From Podarcis gaigeae (Eukaryota): 64,000 nt of DNA. Below, in pieces: positions 11,383 to 24,754 of this stretch (position 1 is its first letter; each line of letters opens with the position of its first letter). The position numbers and the translations under genes are program-made. The DNA lies in the NCBI GenBank assembly GCA_964106915.2, contig OZ066923.1. The stretch is one strand, 5' to 3'. The notes under the pieces were generated by a model. That model ran no database searches. It was not told the DNA's origin and was given only the letters and a program-made list of their open reading frames with translations.

Positions 11383-12320
11383 TAACCTGTGCTACTACCA
11401 CTACAAATGGGGACACCACTCCCAAACTGTGCTTCCTCCAATTGCATAAATTTGGCAAAATGCCCCATACCAATTCTTCTACCTAAAAATTAGATGGAGA
11501 ATTTTGAGACCTCATTTGTGCACACTTCAGGTATAAAGTACAGTCTGGTCTAGTACTTAAATCAAAAGATACAAAGTTAAGTTGTGATAAATCCCTCCCA
11601 CCTTAGGGAGCTGCTTATTGGGAGAAAAGAGACTGCAATGAACTGGGATTAACTGGGGCAGGGATTGCCTGGAGCAACAGAGCACAGCAGGATAATGGCA
11701 GAAAAGAAAGGTTTCCCTTCATTTGTTGTAAAAATTAGAGCTCTCACACTTATTTGTGAAAAGTGCATTTTTAAAAACCCAGCACTGCAATTCCTCCCCA
11801 TATCTCGTTTGGCCTACAGCTATGCACTCCTCCATAGCTGATATTATGCATGCACAAAACAGAAAAGAATTTTTTTACTGTACTAGTAAGTTTATTTATT
11901 TATTAACAAATTGGCGTTGTTTCCAAAGCAGTGTTGTGCTTTTTTTGTAGCACAAAGGTCATAAGGACTTGCAGAAGTAATTGTGTTTTTCTAATTGAAT
12001 TGAAAATTAATGATGTGCTTTTAGCAGACTTAGAGGGATGTTTTTTCTACAAACTTTTTTTTTTTAACTAGACTAAAGTAATGGATAGTGAATTACTTTA
12101 AAATATTTCATTATTTTTTTACAACCACCTTTAAAGAGAAAATGTTAGGGGAACTAAAAAACATAGGTTTTCCTATCTCTTCTTAAAGCTGATATTAGTT
12201 TAACAAGTGCTAGGACATGGAGTTAGAGCTTTGCATAGACTCTTTCTGGTCTTAGCTATCAAGTGCCTACTGCTACTGGATAAATTTTTCTCCTTTTCCA
12301 CCTGAAGGCATCTATCTATC

Positions 12321-12321
<1 letters not shown>

Positions 12322-12353
<32 letters not shown>

Positions 12354-12354
12354 A
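12322..12354. repeat. (GC)n(AC)n microsatellite
   Basis: Alternating purine-pyrimidine tract. Confidence 0.85.
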
Positions 12355-13133
12355 TGCATAAATATTGCTTAGCTGTCTAGATAATTTAAATTTAAGCCTA
12401 TATTTGATTCACTTAATATCTGACTCATAATTCTTTCTCTTCTCCCAAAAGGTCTCTTAATATGCCACATAATAAAACACATGACCATGCATAAATAATT
12501 GATGCATACATTTAAATATAATTTAAGGTGGTGGTTGTTATTATTTTTTTTTAAAAAAAGCCTAATCCACATATATTAGAGCATAACAACTTTATTGAAA
12601 CAGATGGTACCCACTTCACCACAAAAAAATGACAGTAACATTTGCATTCCTTAATGTGTTTGCTGAAAAAAAAATGCAAACATCATCATTTCAATGTGTT
12701 CTATTACAGAATTATCAAGCTGGAAAGATGGTCACAGAAGTAGACTGCTAGGAGCCTATAGGATGGTATATAAATTTTAATAAATGGATTTAATTCAACC
12801 CGTCTTATTTATATTTAGGCCTCTGGGGAAAGGGGAAGACAGCCTGTAAAACCTAGACCTATGTTGGTTTTTTTCTTCCTTCTTACTCATGGTGATAACT
12901 GATTTGTAAAGGCTGAACTGAATGTTCTGTAAAACATTTTTTTCATGTGAGAAGTATAGTCTTTGGGTGCTAAAATGTTTCCTCTAAGCGCTTCAAAGGT
13001 CTCCGTTCTGCACGTCTGTTTGTGGTGCTTGGCTGTTAACCAATTGGCTGTTAATTCAGCACCAAATTATTTTTTAAAAACATGAGGCATCACTTAGCAA
13101 ATCAGTTTTGGCTATACTTGAAAATCAAAGTTA

Positions 13134-13391
13134 CCATATTTTTCGCTCTATAAGACACACCAGACCACAAGATGCACCTAGTTTTTGGAGGAGGAAAACA
13201 AGAAAAAATATATTCTGAGTCTCAGAAGCCAGAACAGCAAGAGGGATCGCTGTGCAGTGAAAGCAGCAATCCCTCTTGCTGTTCTGGCTTCTGGGATAGC
13301 TGCGCAGCCTGCATTCACTCCATAAGACACACACACATTTCCCCTTACTTTTCAGGAGGGAAAAAGTGAGTCTTATAGAGCAAAAATACGG
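13134..13391. mobile_element. pogo/Tc1-mariner-type MITE
   Basis: TIRs CCATATTTTTCGCTCTATAAGAC / GTCTTATAGAGCAAAAATACGG. TA on the left, mutated (CA) on the right. Confidence 0.8.
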
Positions 13392-13637
13392 CAGTTCACG
13401 GTCAGGGTGATGTCCATTAGGCATTGAATAGCAGCTGTCTCCATCTCATAGAGGCAAAAGGGCAGGTAGATGTGTTCCCTGCTGGCTCAGGCCACTCGCC
13501 CATCTAGTCCAGTGTGCAACAGATTTCCATGGGAAGCCCTGGAAAATGGTCTTATTCTGTTCCCTGCCTCTGTTTTTCACTTGCCTCTGCAAAAATGGGG
13601 AACAAAAGCATCAGCTGCTTCCCCTCTGCTCCCTCCC

Positions 13638-13881
13638 GAGCCAGTGTGGTGTAGTGGTTAAGAGCAATAGACTCATAATCTGGGGAACTGGGTTCATGTC
13701 TCCGCTCCTCCAGATGCAGCTGCTGGGTGACCTTGGGCTAGTCACACTTCTCTGAAGTCTCTCAGCCTCACTCACCTCACAGAGTGTTTGTTGTGGGGGA
13801 GGAAGGGAAAGGAGAATGTTAGCTGCTGTGAGACTCCTTAGGGTAGTGATAAAGCGGGATATCGTCCAAACTCCTTTTCTT
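13638..13881 (+). mobile_element. Squam3-type (MIR/Ther1-derived) tRNA SINE
   Basis: GAGCCAGTGTGGTGTAGTGGTTAAGAGC head with A/B-box-like motifs, CORE-like GGGTGACCTTGGGCTAGTCAC, CTT-rich tail. Similar to copies at 24770 and 54607. Confidence 0.85.
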
Positions 13882-14405
13882 TCCCCATTACCATTTACCA
13901 ACCTGCCTGGGTGGATGAGTGACCAGTGGCAAATAGCCATTGAGCTTTTCTCAGTCTTTGCAGTGTATAGGGGAGAAGACGTGCTCTCTGGATGACATCA
14001 TGCTGGGGGCAGAGAATGATCCAGCTTAAACAAAACTTCTACCAGAGGCTGTAAACATTGGAACTGGCAATAGCTGCTGCTCCTGCTGCTGCTGCTGCTG
14101 CTGTAGCAGTAGTAATCATTAAAGCTAGAGAGACATCAAATTGTTAATTTCTCAGAAGTATTTGGGATAACATTATCTCTCATATTGTCAGCTATAGAAA
14201 AACACATTTTTCACCCCCAAGTATCCTAGGAACATTAGTTTACCTCTCACAAAGGTGCAATTCACAGCAAACTACAGTTCCCATGTTTCTTTCATTGGGG
14301 TTGGGGTGCTTTAAAATGCATGGTGTATACACCGCCTAAGATAAGGACAGGCAGACCAAAAAGGAGCAGGGGTTATATTAGCTGGAGCAACTCTTTGAGG
14401 GAAAA

Positions 14406-14743
14406 CTATGGGTTAAACCACAGAGCCTAGCACTTGCCAATCAGAAGGTCGGCAGTTCGAATCCCTGCGACGGGGTGAGCTCCCGTTGCTCGGTCCCTGC
14501 TCCTGCCAACCTAGCAGTTTGAAAGCACATCAAAGTACAAGTAGATAAATAGGTACCATTCCGGTGGGAAGGTAAACAGCGTTTCCGTGTGCTGCTCTGG
14601 TATGCCAGAAGCAGCTTAGTCATGCTGGCCACATGACCCAGAAGCTGTACGCCGGCTCCCTCAGTCAATAAAGTGAGATGAGCGCTGCAATCCCAGAGTC
14701 GGCCATGACTGGACCTAATGGTTAGGGGTCCCTTTACCTTTAC
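14406..14743 (+). mobile_element. Sauria SINE (Squam1), slightly 5'-truncated
   Basis: GGGTTAAACCACAGAGCCTAG...GGACCTAATGGTTAGGGGTCCCTTTACCTTTAC; matches three other copies in the window. Confidence 0.9.
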
Positions 14744-14974
14744 GCACTAAATGCAGCCAACAGAGCCAAATGCTATTGTTGCTAAGAGTTCTAGTAGGGT
14801 GCGGTGTGTGATTTTAAGCACAAAAGTGATGTGTGCTTAATCATTTCCCTTCCAGATACTTTCCCATGCCAAATCAAACACATACCAAATTGGTTTTCAT
14901 TCCCCTCTTCAGTTCAAGATGCATATTTGTGACTAGCCTTAAATATTGTTGCACAGAAAATTGTAGAAGGTGCA

Positions 14975-15050
14975 TGAAGATTTATTGAACCAAGTTAAGC
15001 ATTCAATATCTGAGCACGTTTCAAGCTGTAAAGTTCTTCTTCAGGGGAAA
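14975..15050 (-). mobile_element. Decayed Penelope-like remnant with degenerate hammerhead core
   Basis: Minus strand reads CTGAAGA-A-GAACTTTACAGCTT-GAAA-CGT..., followed by AATAAA ~35 nt downstream. Confidence 0.45.
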
Positions 15051-15379
15051 ATTATTTGGCAAGTGTAGCTACATAAAAACATTCATTAAGCGTAACTCTT
15101 TTAAATTCAAGCAGTCCACTCTGATATATGAATCAGAAGATAGTTTCCTGGGCCAAGCAAGGCACTTTTGAAAATAATTTCGGAGTACTGAATGGGTGAC
15201 TTTTTTTTAGGACATGGATTCTCTGATGTTGTTAACAATGGATCATTAAGTCCAGGGAAACAGTAAATGCAAGTATTACACACTTTGAATGCAAGGCACT
15301 GCAAAACTGAGCCTGGAATACTAATAATTGGCCTAAAGAACTTCTAATATTTCTCTTCCTTCAGAAAAGTTATGTTTGT

Positions 15380-15680
15380 TCTATTTCTGCCTCATTTTGC
15401 ATTTTTTTAAAATCAACTTGTATTTCCTGTGCATTTTTGCTAATACACTCTTGAAAGCAATTTTATCTAATGTAATGCATTTTTAACATTATATTTACAA
15501 ATATACACACTTCCCCATCAACTTTCCCCTAATATATATGATTTTTTTAGTATTAATTTTTTGGTTGGAGGACAGCATTGAAAAATTCAGAGAATGCAAA
15601 TTTCAAATGACATTTGAGGTTTGCTTTGTGTTTTGATTTAGGAAGTGTGATTTGGGTAAGCTTGCTTTAAAAATGTGAAA
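15380..15680 (+). repeat. Unclassified interspersed repeat, homologous to 23560-23970
   Basis: Shares TAATGCATTTTT, TTTCCCCT-ATAT and TGGTTGGAG-AC-G-ATTG-AAAATTC blocks with the 23.6-kb copy. Confidence 0.55.
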
Positions 15681-17868
15681 TGAAATAATATCTTTCCAAG
15701 CTCTAGGAATGACAACATTGTTTTTTGGGCCAAAGTGGATAAAATTTATAGGCACAAGAGTCCCATGAGAAAATTGATTTAAGTCTGCCAAATTGCAAGC
15801 AAATTAGTCCATGGGCTTTGTGTGAAGGCAGTAAGACATACTCATTTCCCTCCACAATCCCTTGGCAAGGGGTTGCCTCTTGCTCTTCCTTACCTTAAAT
15901 AATTAAGAGGTTGCCAAGTGATTTGTGTTCTTTCTTGTGTATTTTAAAAATAATAATTTTATCTTCACACTGATTCTTTCCTTTCGGGTCCTTATGTCCT
16001 CTGATAGGTTTGCAAAATGTTGCCTGAACAGTTCTGGTGTTGTTAAAAGAGCAATGTATGATTTATTTATTTAAAAAATGAAGCTTTCTAAAAATCTCCA
16101 GTACTGTGTTTTAACAAACAACAATAAGGAACTTTTAAGTGCTCCTCAGGCAATATATTGGTCAACTTCATTTTGTGCAAAGCCCATGGACCAGAGGAAC
16201 AAAGAAATGGGGGAGGGGGAAAACCAAAGGATGCATAAAATGACAGAAATGGCAGAGTGGCATGATGCTTTCTGAGGGCCTTGATTTGAGTCGGGTGTTT
16301 ATTGATATCATGCTTGGGAGGGAGAGAGAGACTCCCAAATCACTCAAATTTGCATCATTGTTTGGGCTCCACACAGCCCACCCCCCTTCTACTGCATAAA
16401 TTCCCATGTTCAGATAGGGGGGGGGGAACTATTGTTTGAAACCTGTCAGTCAGAGTTAACAGTTCTAAACCAGATGGACCAGCAGCTTTCTATGTTCACC
16501 CTGAATATTTTTTAATTTTTTTTGAAAGGGAGAATATAAATTTATTAAATTATATTTTACAGTATTGCAACATATTCAACTAAAATTTTTTTATACTGTT
16601 TTTAGTTGTTTATTTTGTCTATGTGTATGTTGATAATATACAAGTATTTGTATGACTGAATTTAATCCATGGTGTTATAATAATAGTGAGGAAATAAAAA
16701 TATAAATGGATCATATTTATAAACTCAGTTATTGAGTAATGCAAATAAGTAAATGGCTCCATCTTCTATATTTGTTTTCCAAATTTGCACTGCTACTGTG
16801 GTGCAATATTTCAAATGAATTACTGCTTTGCTAAGATAGCATAAACACCCCTTGAGTAAATAAGACAAGGGCATTTTTCTTTTTGATGTGTAGATGCACT
16901 CAAAGCAAAAACTGATGAACAGGGACTTGCAGTAGTTAATGATCCTTTCCTATAAAGCTACTATGTGTGTTCTTTGGCTGTAGAAATGTAAATGCTTCTC
17001 TATTATGATAAAGTAAGTATTAAAAGCTCTTAGGAAACACATATTTCCTGATCTGATTCAGTGCTCAGTACAGCCATATGATGTGTATGTTTGATTGGTA
17101 TGGGTGGTTAAGTTAGGCTTTGACCAGTATCATGTGATACTGCAATAGTAAGCACAATCTTACCTTGCTGGCCAACAGATTCTCTAAAAGAGTGACTAGC
17201 AAACTAAGCCAATTTATCCATCTGTGAAATATTTCAAGGTCAACATTTTATTGGCTACAAGATTTCTAGCTAAAAAGACTGAGGACGACAGTTTGGTAAT
17301 GTTTGCTTACTGAGCGTGAAATGAAATTTAACAGTATGGCATGCCTACATTTGTAAATTTATTGTGGTTGTTTAGACTTCTTAGAAAATGAAATGTCAAA
17401 CAGTCATCCTTAGCTTCCAAAAAGCATTGTGTTGTAAACCCCTACAGCTCAGCTTATTCTTTTTACCAATATGAGATTATTTCCTCTTCACTAGAGTTTT
17501 TCTCATTTAAGGCTACTATTGTAGAAAATCATGTTTAAAACTGAAACATGGCAACCAGGTTGTTGACTAAGATCCTGATATTCCAGCATCAATATCTAAG
17601 TATTTATGGACACAAACAATACCTACTTAATTTCAGACACTATTATTTTATCATGAATATTATGATCTAAACTGAATGCAAAAAACCAACAATCCATTTG
17701 TAGCTCTCTCAGTTGGGTAGTGAAGCTTGAAAAGTTGGTTTGTGTTTACCTTAAGCACTTAAAATCAAGTGCAAGTAAGAAGTTTTTGAATATATCTCTA
17801 TGCAAGGGTCCTATTTCTGAGGTATCCTAATTCAGGATTTATAAGCACTTGGAGCTAACACCTTGGGG

Positions 17869-17871
17869 ACA

Positions 17872-17926
<55 letters not shown>
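17869..17926. repeat. (AC)n(AG)n compound microsatellite
   Basis: Directly visible. Confidence 0.9.
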
Positions 17927-17929
<3 letters not shown>

Positions 17930-19193
17930 TTATTAATGCTCAGGGTCACTGATGCATGCTTAAGACTAAACCAGTAGGCATATAAAATTACAGATCAGCT
18001 GATTCCTGGATGAGAGTTGACACTGGCACTTCACTTCTGCAGCTGTAAATTGTAACATTGCAATGATTCACACTAAGGCTGCACACCGGGAAACTGGTTG
18101 AAGCACTCTTTATAAACCAGGATGGTAAACTAGAATCAAATTGTATTTTGCAGTCGTAGTCTGTGGAGTGCTCTTAAACAACATTTCCTAAGTAAGAATG
18201 TTAGGAGAAACTCATTTAGCAATCCAGGGAGTCTCTCTGCAGTTGGGTGCTTGAGAGGAGTAAGGCAGGAAGGAGAAGGAACCACTGGTGCTTATTGGAC
18301 ATTCTCACTGCAGCAAACCATGGTTTGTTAGACTAGGAACGTAACACATGAACTGAGCTGCTATGTGACAGCCTGTGTTTCTCAAATTGTAAGTCATCTC
18401 ATACTTCTTTCAATATCAGAAAAAAGGCATTGATATTGAGATTTCATAATACAGTATACAAATTTATTTAATACATTAAAAGAGATTATTAACGAACCTC
18501 AATACTTTAGTTTGGTGATATCTGTTTGCTTGCAGGTGACATATAGTAATAGGCACTAAGCCAAAAGCTTCATTGATAGTGCCATGAATTCTTGCAAGTG
18601 CTCACAACTCTAAATTTACTCTAGCACATGCCTGACATTACAGACTGTACTATTAAATTGGTTTCTGATAGAATTGTGCTTTCAGAGTACGTTCTGTATA
18701 TTTCTGCTCAGAAGTAAGTCCTATTAAGTTCAGTGGGACTTACTGCCAAGTAAGCATTTCAGGGGTGTAGCCAGTGTTAATCATATTCAGAGTAGACCCA
18801 TTGAAATAAATGGATATGACTAACTTTGGGTCATTAAGTTCAGTGGGTCTGCTGTGAGAAAAGCTTGGCCCCCTCAGTTTCAAGCATCTAATTAGCAAGT
18901 CACACCTACATAGGCAAAAATGGCCATGATTGTAATCATGTAATCCTGGTTTCTAAGAGTGGTTTATAAACATAGCAGAGGTTGTCGTCCGTGGAAAGCG
19001 ATAAAGCCTTCTAGTGAAAATCATTTTCTCTCCCCTCCCCCACTTAGGGGAAGATAGCTCAACAGCTCAAAAGCAACAAAATATTTCATTTGACACGGCT
19101 ATGTTTTAAGAACATCCAAAATAGAATCACCCTTTTTCGCTTCCATACAGTATTGTTTCCATTGCTTGCCCCCGGTCCCACCCAGCGCGCATG

Positions 19194-19196
<3 letters not shown>

Positions 19197-19232
<36 letters not shown>
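19197..19232. repeat. (AC)n microsatellite
   Basis: Directly visible. Confidence 0.9.
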
Positions 19233-19235
<3 letters not shown>

Positions 19236-19247
19236 CAAGCTCCTACT

Positions 19248-19721
19248 TGTAAGGAAGAAAAAGATCTTTATTCATACAACTAACAGTCCAGTATTGGCAG
19301 CAGGCACAGTGTTCAGGAGTCATGATTCAGAATTTTAGAAGCATGGCAAGAAGTTCAGAATTGGATGGAAATGCCAAAGATGTCCCAACAAGCTTCCCTG
19401 CTCTACCTGCCAAGCTTTTTAAAAATGATGCATGGTGTGCTCACTTGTGGGACTTGTGGGAATGCTAAGATTGGAAATGCACACTCTGTGGGGTTGTATG
19501 TGTGCGGGGTCTGGTTCCATCTGTGAAGCTGGAACCTGCTTCTAGATGACAAGACTGCATCCTTCTATTCCATCTCTGGTTTAGCCTCCCCCTGGGGTGA
19601 TCAAATTCTCCTCCAGCCTTCACTGAGGCTTCCTGCTCCACAGGAAGGTCAGAGGGAAAATCTAGCATCCCTGTTGCCCTTTCTGCCTGAGATCCTCTCC
19701 GCTCCAACCAAGGTCCCAACA
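19248..19721 (-). mobile_element. Possible solo LTR
   Basis: TG...CA termini with imperfect inverted ends (TGTAAGGA / TCCCAACA), minus-strand AATAAA at 19267-19272 just inside the 3' end, ~474 bp. No TSD seen. Confidence 0.4.
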
Positions 19722-20044
19722 TTTCAACCCCCTTTCCTGTTTCTTCCTGCATAAACAACTTTTCAACATATATATATATAGGCTATTTAAACAGGGTGCC
19801 CCACCTATGCTTAGTTTTTGTTATTCTGTAATTGGGATTGCAACTGTTGTATTGGACAATGGACAGTTTCCAGTGCCTGAGTTGAACAACATCCTTGGCA
19901 GCTGCTGGTGCTGGCATGAAGACTCTTAATGCAACTGCAGCAATCTGCATGACCTAGCTGGTTGTGTGGAACAGCCACCATGTGAAGGGTGTTTCAGGCA
20001 ACTTCCAGGTGAGAGCTGTAATATTGTTGATTGGATGGTAGATA

Positions 20045-20304
20045 CAGTAGATGCTCGGGTTGCGAACGTGATCCGTGCGGGATGCACGTTCTCAACTCGC
20101 AGCGTTCGCACCTGCATCACCGCATCTGCGCATTTGCGGGTTACAATTCAGTGCTTTTGCGCATGCACAAAGAGTGATTTAGCACTTCTGCACATACGCA
20201 ACCGCCGAAACCCGGAAGTAACCCGTTCCAGTACTTCCAGGTTTTGGCGGTCTGTAACCCCAAAAAAATGCAACCTGAAGCGGCTGTAACCCAAGGTATG
20301 ACTG
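20045..20304. mobile_element. Tigger-like MITE (CpG-rich subfamily)
   Basis: TA-CAGTAGATGCTCGGGTTGC ... GTAACCCAAGGTATGACTG-TA imperfect TIRs. Confidence 0.75.
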
Positions 20305-21605
20305 TATAGAACTTTCCGACTGCAAGAGCAGTTGGTCAATAGAAAAAGATTACTGAAAGGATTGTGGTATTGATTTTTTTTTTTAAAAAAGGGAGACAGT
20401 GGATGGATGACTGTCAAGAATTGTTTGTGACCCATAAATCCTTTCACTGTATAAAAAATTGGTTCAGATGGCCTTGGAGGTCAGACTTATCTCTTAACAC
20501 GCTGAGAAATACTACAGTGTGAGAAATGGGTAAGATGCAATGGCTTTCAGTGGACTGTGCTATCTGGCTGATGACTGAGGTTGTCAGAACAGAGTAATAA
20601 CATGCATTTACATATATTTGGATGTTTCTTTGCCTTTCTGGGGTTTTTCAGCCATCATTACTTTTTAAACTTGCTTTCCTTGTAGAACTTACAAGGATAA
20701 GAAAAGTCTTAATTCCAGTGCATTTATTTTGTAATTAGTAGGATGGAAATAATTAGTGGAAAGTTTAAGTACTTCCAGTGTGAGTTAATAAACTTTAGAT
20801 CCTTGCTTTGTTATTCATATGAAGCGTCAGAAAAGCTGAGGTACTTGCAGTGCACTAAGAATATGGGTATATATTTGTCCTTTTTATTACTAACCAGAAC
20901 TTACTTGTTTGAGCTCGCCGGCAGTAAAATCCTTCTGTTCATCATTGTTATCTTCATGCAGCAATAACTGGAAGACGCTTTATGACTACAGACTGCTTTC
21001 GGCTTTCGGGAAGCTTTTTGGGTTTTATCCAGTGCTTTAACTTTGGTCCTATAGTTCTCTTAAACTTTTTGATATTCTCTATACTAAACAGAATATAATA
21101 TTTTTTTTTAAAAAAAGAAATTCTTCTAGAGGTAACGTTTGCAATAGAAACTGAATTTTCACTTGGATTTTTGAGGATATTATCATTACATATTATCTAT
21201 TAAATTTCTGTATCGCTCTTCAACCGAGGATCACAGGGTGGTTTTCAATATTAAAACACAAACAAAAATACCACAGTAACAAACAAAAGCAGAAACCCAC
21301 AGTTTAAAAGACCAAAGGTATTATTATTTATTAAATTTAAGATTTAAGAAGAATTGCTTAGTTGCTCCAGCAAGGCACCGGTTAACTTTGCCTCACAGGG
21401 ACACTGAGGAGAAGCAGTTCTATCCGGTGAGCCATGCAAGGGCAATAAAGCTTTAAATCAACTTAATATATTGTTGGACCACCTAATGTTTCAGAAGACT
21501 AATATGCTAATAATTGCCGGTAATGTATTGTGAGGGAGACTGAAATTCACTTACCACATGGATGGCTCAGTTTCAAGAACCCATCTGACTTATATTCTAG
21601 CACTA

Positions 21606-21830
21606 CAGTGGTACCTCAGGTTACATATGCTTCAGGTTACATACACTTCAGGTTACAGACTCCGCTAACCCAGAAATATTACCTCGGGTTAAGAACTTTG
21701 CTTCAGGATGAGAACAGAAATCGGGCTCCGGCGGTGCAGTGGCAGCAGGAGGCCCCATTAGCTAAAGTGGTGCTTCAGGTTAAGAACAGACCTCCAGAAT
21801 GAATTAAGTTCTTAACCCGAGGGACCACTG
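21606..21830 (+). mobile_element. Tigger-like MITE (same family as 45495 and 63382)
   Basis: TA-CAGTGGTACCTCAGGTTA ... TAACCCGAGGGACCACTG-TA. Confidence 0.88.
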
Positions 21831-21832
21831 TA

Positions 21833-22125
21833 CATAGAATTGTAGAGTTGGAAGGTACCCTGAGAGCCCCCCTGTAATGCAGGAATCTCAACTAGATCAT
21901 ACACGACCGGTGGCCGTCCAACCTCTGCTTCAAAACCTCCAAGGAAGAAGAGTCTACTGCCTCTTTGGGGAGTCTCTTCCCTTGTCGAACAGCTCTTACT
22001 TTCAGAAAGTTCTTCCTGATATTTAGCTGGAATCTTCTTTCTTGTAACTTGAAACCATTGGTTTGGGTCCTAGCCTACAGAGCAGGAGAAAACAAGCTTG
22101 CTCCACCTTCCATGTGGCAGCCCTT
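21833..22125 (-). mobile_element. CR1 LINE 3' fragment
   Basis: CATAGAATTGTAGAGTTGGAAGG tail; body homologous to the CR1 copy at 39384-39909. Confidence 0.8.
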
Positions 22126-23559
22126 ATCTGAGAAATAGGTGGGGCCCCGCTGGCTCACCTGCTCACACAAACATTTAACACTTGGGACCCCAAACGAGCC
22201 CCTACACTACACTGTAGACTTGGACATCCCCTTTCTAGGCCCCAGGCCTAGACAGAAGGCAGGCCTGATGGGAGATACAGGAGGAGCCTACTCAAGAGGA
22301 AGAGGTGCCAAGTGAAACTTGTAGCCCAGCTGAAGATCAGTAAAGGGTGGATCTGTTTGTACTAGCATAAAACCTCTCAGCCTCTTTCTATTTTAGTGTG
22401 ATCTTTTGCTTTTAATGATCCCACATCCTCTTATGTAGCTACTGTTTGGTAACTATGTAATTAAGTAGCCCCACCACCCTGTTCCAGTGACAGAAATATA
22501 TGTTAGCATGAGTAACTGAAGGGAGTGGTTACAGGATCCACTGATCAAAGCTTGCAATGGAATTAAAATATTTAATTGAACGGACTGCAAGGCATGTAAT
22601 AAAAATATTGGATACTGGATACTACGGCAGAATATAAGTGAGGACACAATAATTATACGGTCTGTATCAGAATATGTCTAACTTATTGTTTGATATTGCA
22701 TTTAAATGGTTTCACTGCAGGCTCCTCTGCCTTATGAGCAGATATTTTCTAAACATATAATGTTGCAACTGTCACATCTCTTTGACTTAGAGCATGTATA
22801 ATTGGCTGTGGTTTACTCTTTCTAGCTTCCATCCTTTCGCAAAAGAACTTATGCTGCAGAAACCATGTGTGGCGTTCACAAAATGTCATGCAGATCATTA
22901 GACATCTAATTAGCTTTCATTCTTCACACTAAACATTGTGTAGAGATGATCTCCTGGGAGTCCATAAATTTATTTTATGTTTTCAGACTTGAATTATTCT
23001 CCTTGTTCTCTGTTACCCTGAAATATGTTTCAAAACATATTTAATAGTATAAATAGTTGCTGTCATACATCATGCGTGAATAATGGATTTCTTTTCCTTT
23101 CTTTACACTGCTGGCCCAACAGAGCAAAATATTTTGCTCATGAGATTCAAATAGAATCAAGGGGTTCAAATTACACATGCATCTTTCAAAAAGAGGAAGG
23201 TAAGTCCTTGATATGATTGTAGACAATAAGGCAAAGTATTCCACTTCACACAGCATGGCTGACACGATGGCATTCAGAATGCAATTTTGCTGTGACTTTC
23301 AAGCATTTATCTTAAAGGGCCAGCCCCTTATTTACATGTTTAATACAAATACGTATGCCTCTGCACCACAGTTGGCCTCATGGCTTTCAGCCAATCAAAG
23401 CATCTCTTGGAATAGAGAGGGAAACATGGTGACAGGAGATATGGGCCGGGTTTTAGGACCAAAACAAAAAAGGATAAGAGTTGGGAAGGTGATTTCCTGG
23501 AAAAAGAACATTGAAGGACTGGCAATGTGAATTATGCATCCTATGCAGTGGGATGGAAT

Positions 23560-23662
23560 GATCTATCAATTTTGGTTCTCCCCATTTCATCTTGCAGCAA
23601 TTTGCATTTTTTTTTGAAATTTCATGAAAATTCATCAGAATTTTATGTGAATTTGTACTAAT

Positions 23663-23695
<33 letters not shown>

Positions 23696-23970
23696 GTTTT
23701 GCATAACATACACATTTTGCAAACAATTTCCCCTGATATAATGCATTTTTGTATGCTATTTTCAGTAATATCTTCATTTTATGCATAATTTCCCTTAATA
23801 CATGCATTTTTGTAAACACTGGCTGGTTGGAGAACTGTATTGCAAAATTCGGATCAGTATGAATTTCAAGGGATAGCTATGTTTCAGTTCCCATATTATT
23901 TCAGAAAATGTGAATTGGATGAATTTGGCACCAAATGTGAACAGAAACCAGCTTTTCCTCTATTCCTAGC
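23560..23970 (+). repeat. Unclassified interspersed repeat containing (AC)n at 23665-23692
   Basis: Internal repeats of ATGCATTTTTG / TTTCCC-T-ATA; homologous to 15380-15680. Confidence 0.55.
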
Positions 23971-24244
23971 TATGCATTACAGTATAAATGTCTTTGGGTA
24001 TACAGCTTTCATACTAAAGAATATGCAGTGATACCCGTATACCTTACCGTCATCTGCAATCAACCAGGTATCTTTGACCAAGCTGCAGAGCCTCTTTCCC
24101 TCTCTTGCATCTTCCATTGGTTTTGCCTGCACAGTACTGTATAATAAGGATGCAGAGCAGCTTGTGAGCATGAAATCTGTTGGCAGCAGGTGATGTTTCC
24201 AGGGTTGTATGGGGAGGTTGGGGCCTGGCAGACCCAGCAACTGA

Positions 24245-24416
24245 GGAACATATGAAGGCATCTTCTACTTGATTGGTTCATCTAGCCCAGATGCTGATGA
24301 GCAGTGACTCTCCATCCTTTCAGGCAGGAGTCTCTCCCAGTCCCAGCCCTGCCTGGAGATGCCAGGAATTGAACCAGAAACACAGAAGCATGTGTTCTAC
24401 CACTGAGCTACAGCCC
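24245..24416 (-). mobile_element. Squam2-type tRNA SINE
   Basis: Revcomp begins GGGCTGTAGCTCAGTGGTAGAACACATGCTT...GGTTCAATTCCTGGCATCTCCAGG and ends ATGTTCCT. Confidence 0.75.
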
Positions 24417-24754
24417 AGCATGCTGCCTTTCAGCTTGCTTACCATCAGGTCCAATATATATTTCAGTATGCTGATATGTCCATAACACTCTTAATGGCAT
24501 GAGAAAGTTAATGTGGGCTGGGAGTTGCAAGTCAGGCCCTGACCTGTGGTTCCGCCCAAGTCCTATAGGTTAGTGAGGACTCTCTCTATACATGTAGGCT
24601 GACCAGGGAAGAGGCTCTCACCATGACATTAATGCCCTTTGCCTTTTGATGCACCCAGGTCCTGCACAGGTTCTATTTATACAAAACATGGCTTCCAAGC
24701 AAGCTTGAGTTACGAATTTCTTTTTAGCAAGTTAAAACAATTCTTTCAGGTTAG

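Noticed and set aside
13638-13710. tRNA-like sequences (also at 54607, 24350-24416, 53172)
   Set aside because: They are SINE heads continuing into SINE bodies, not tRNA genes.
16510-16840. AT-rich L1/Tx1-like remnant (also 46915-47190)
   Set aside because: Plausible but no TSD or translatable motif strong enough to call.
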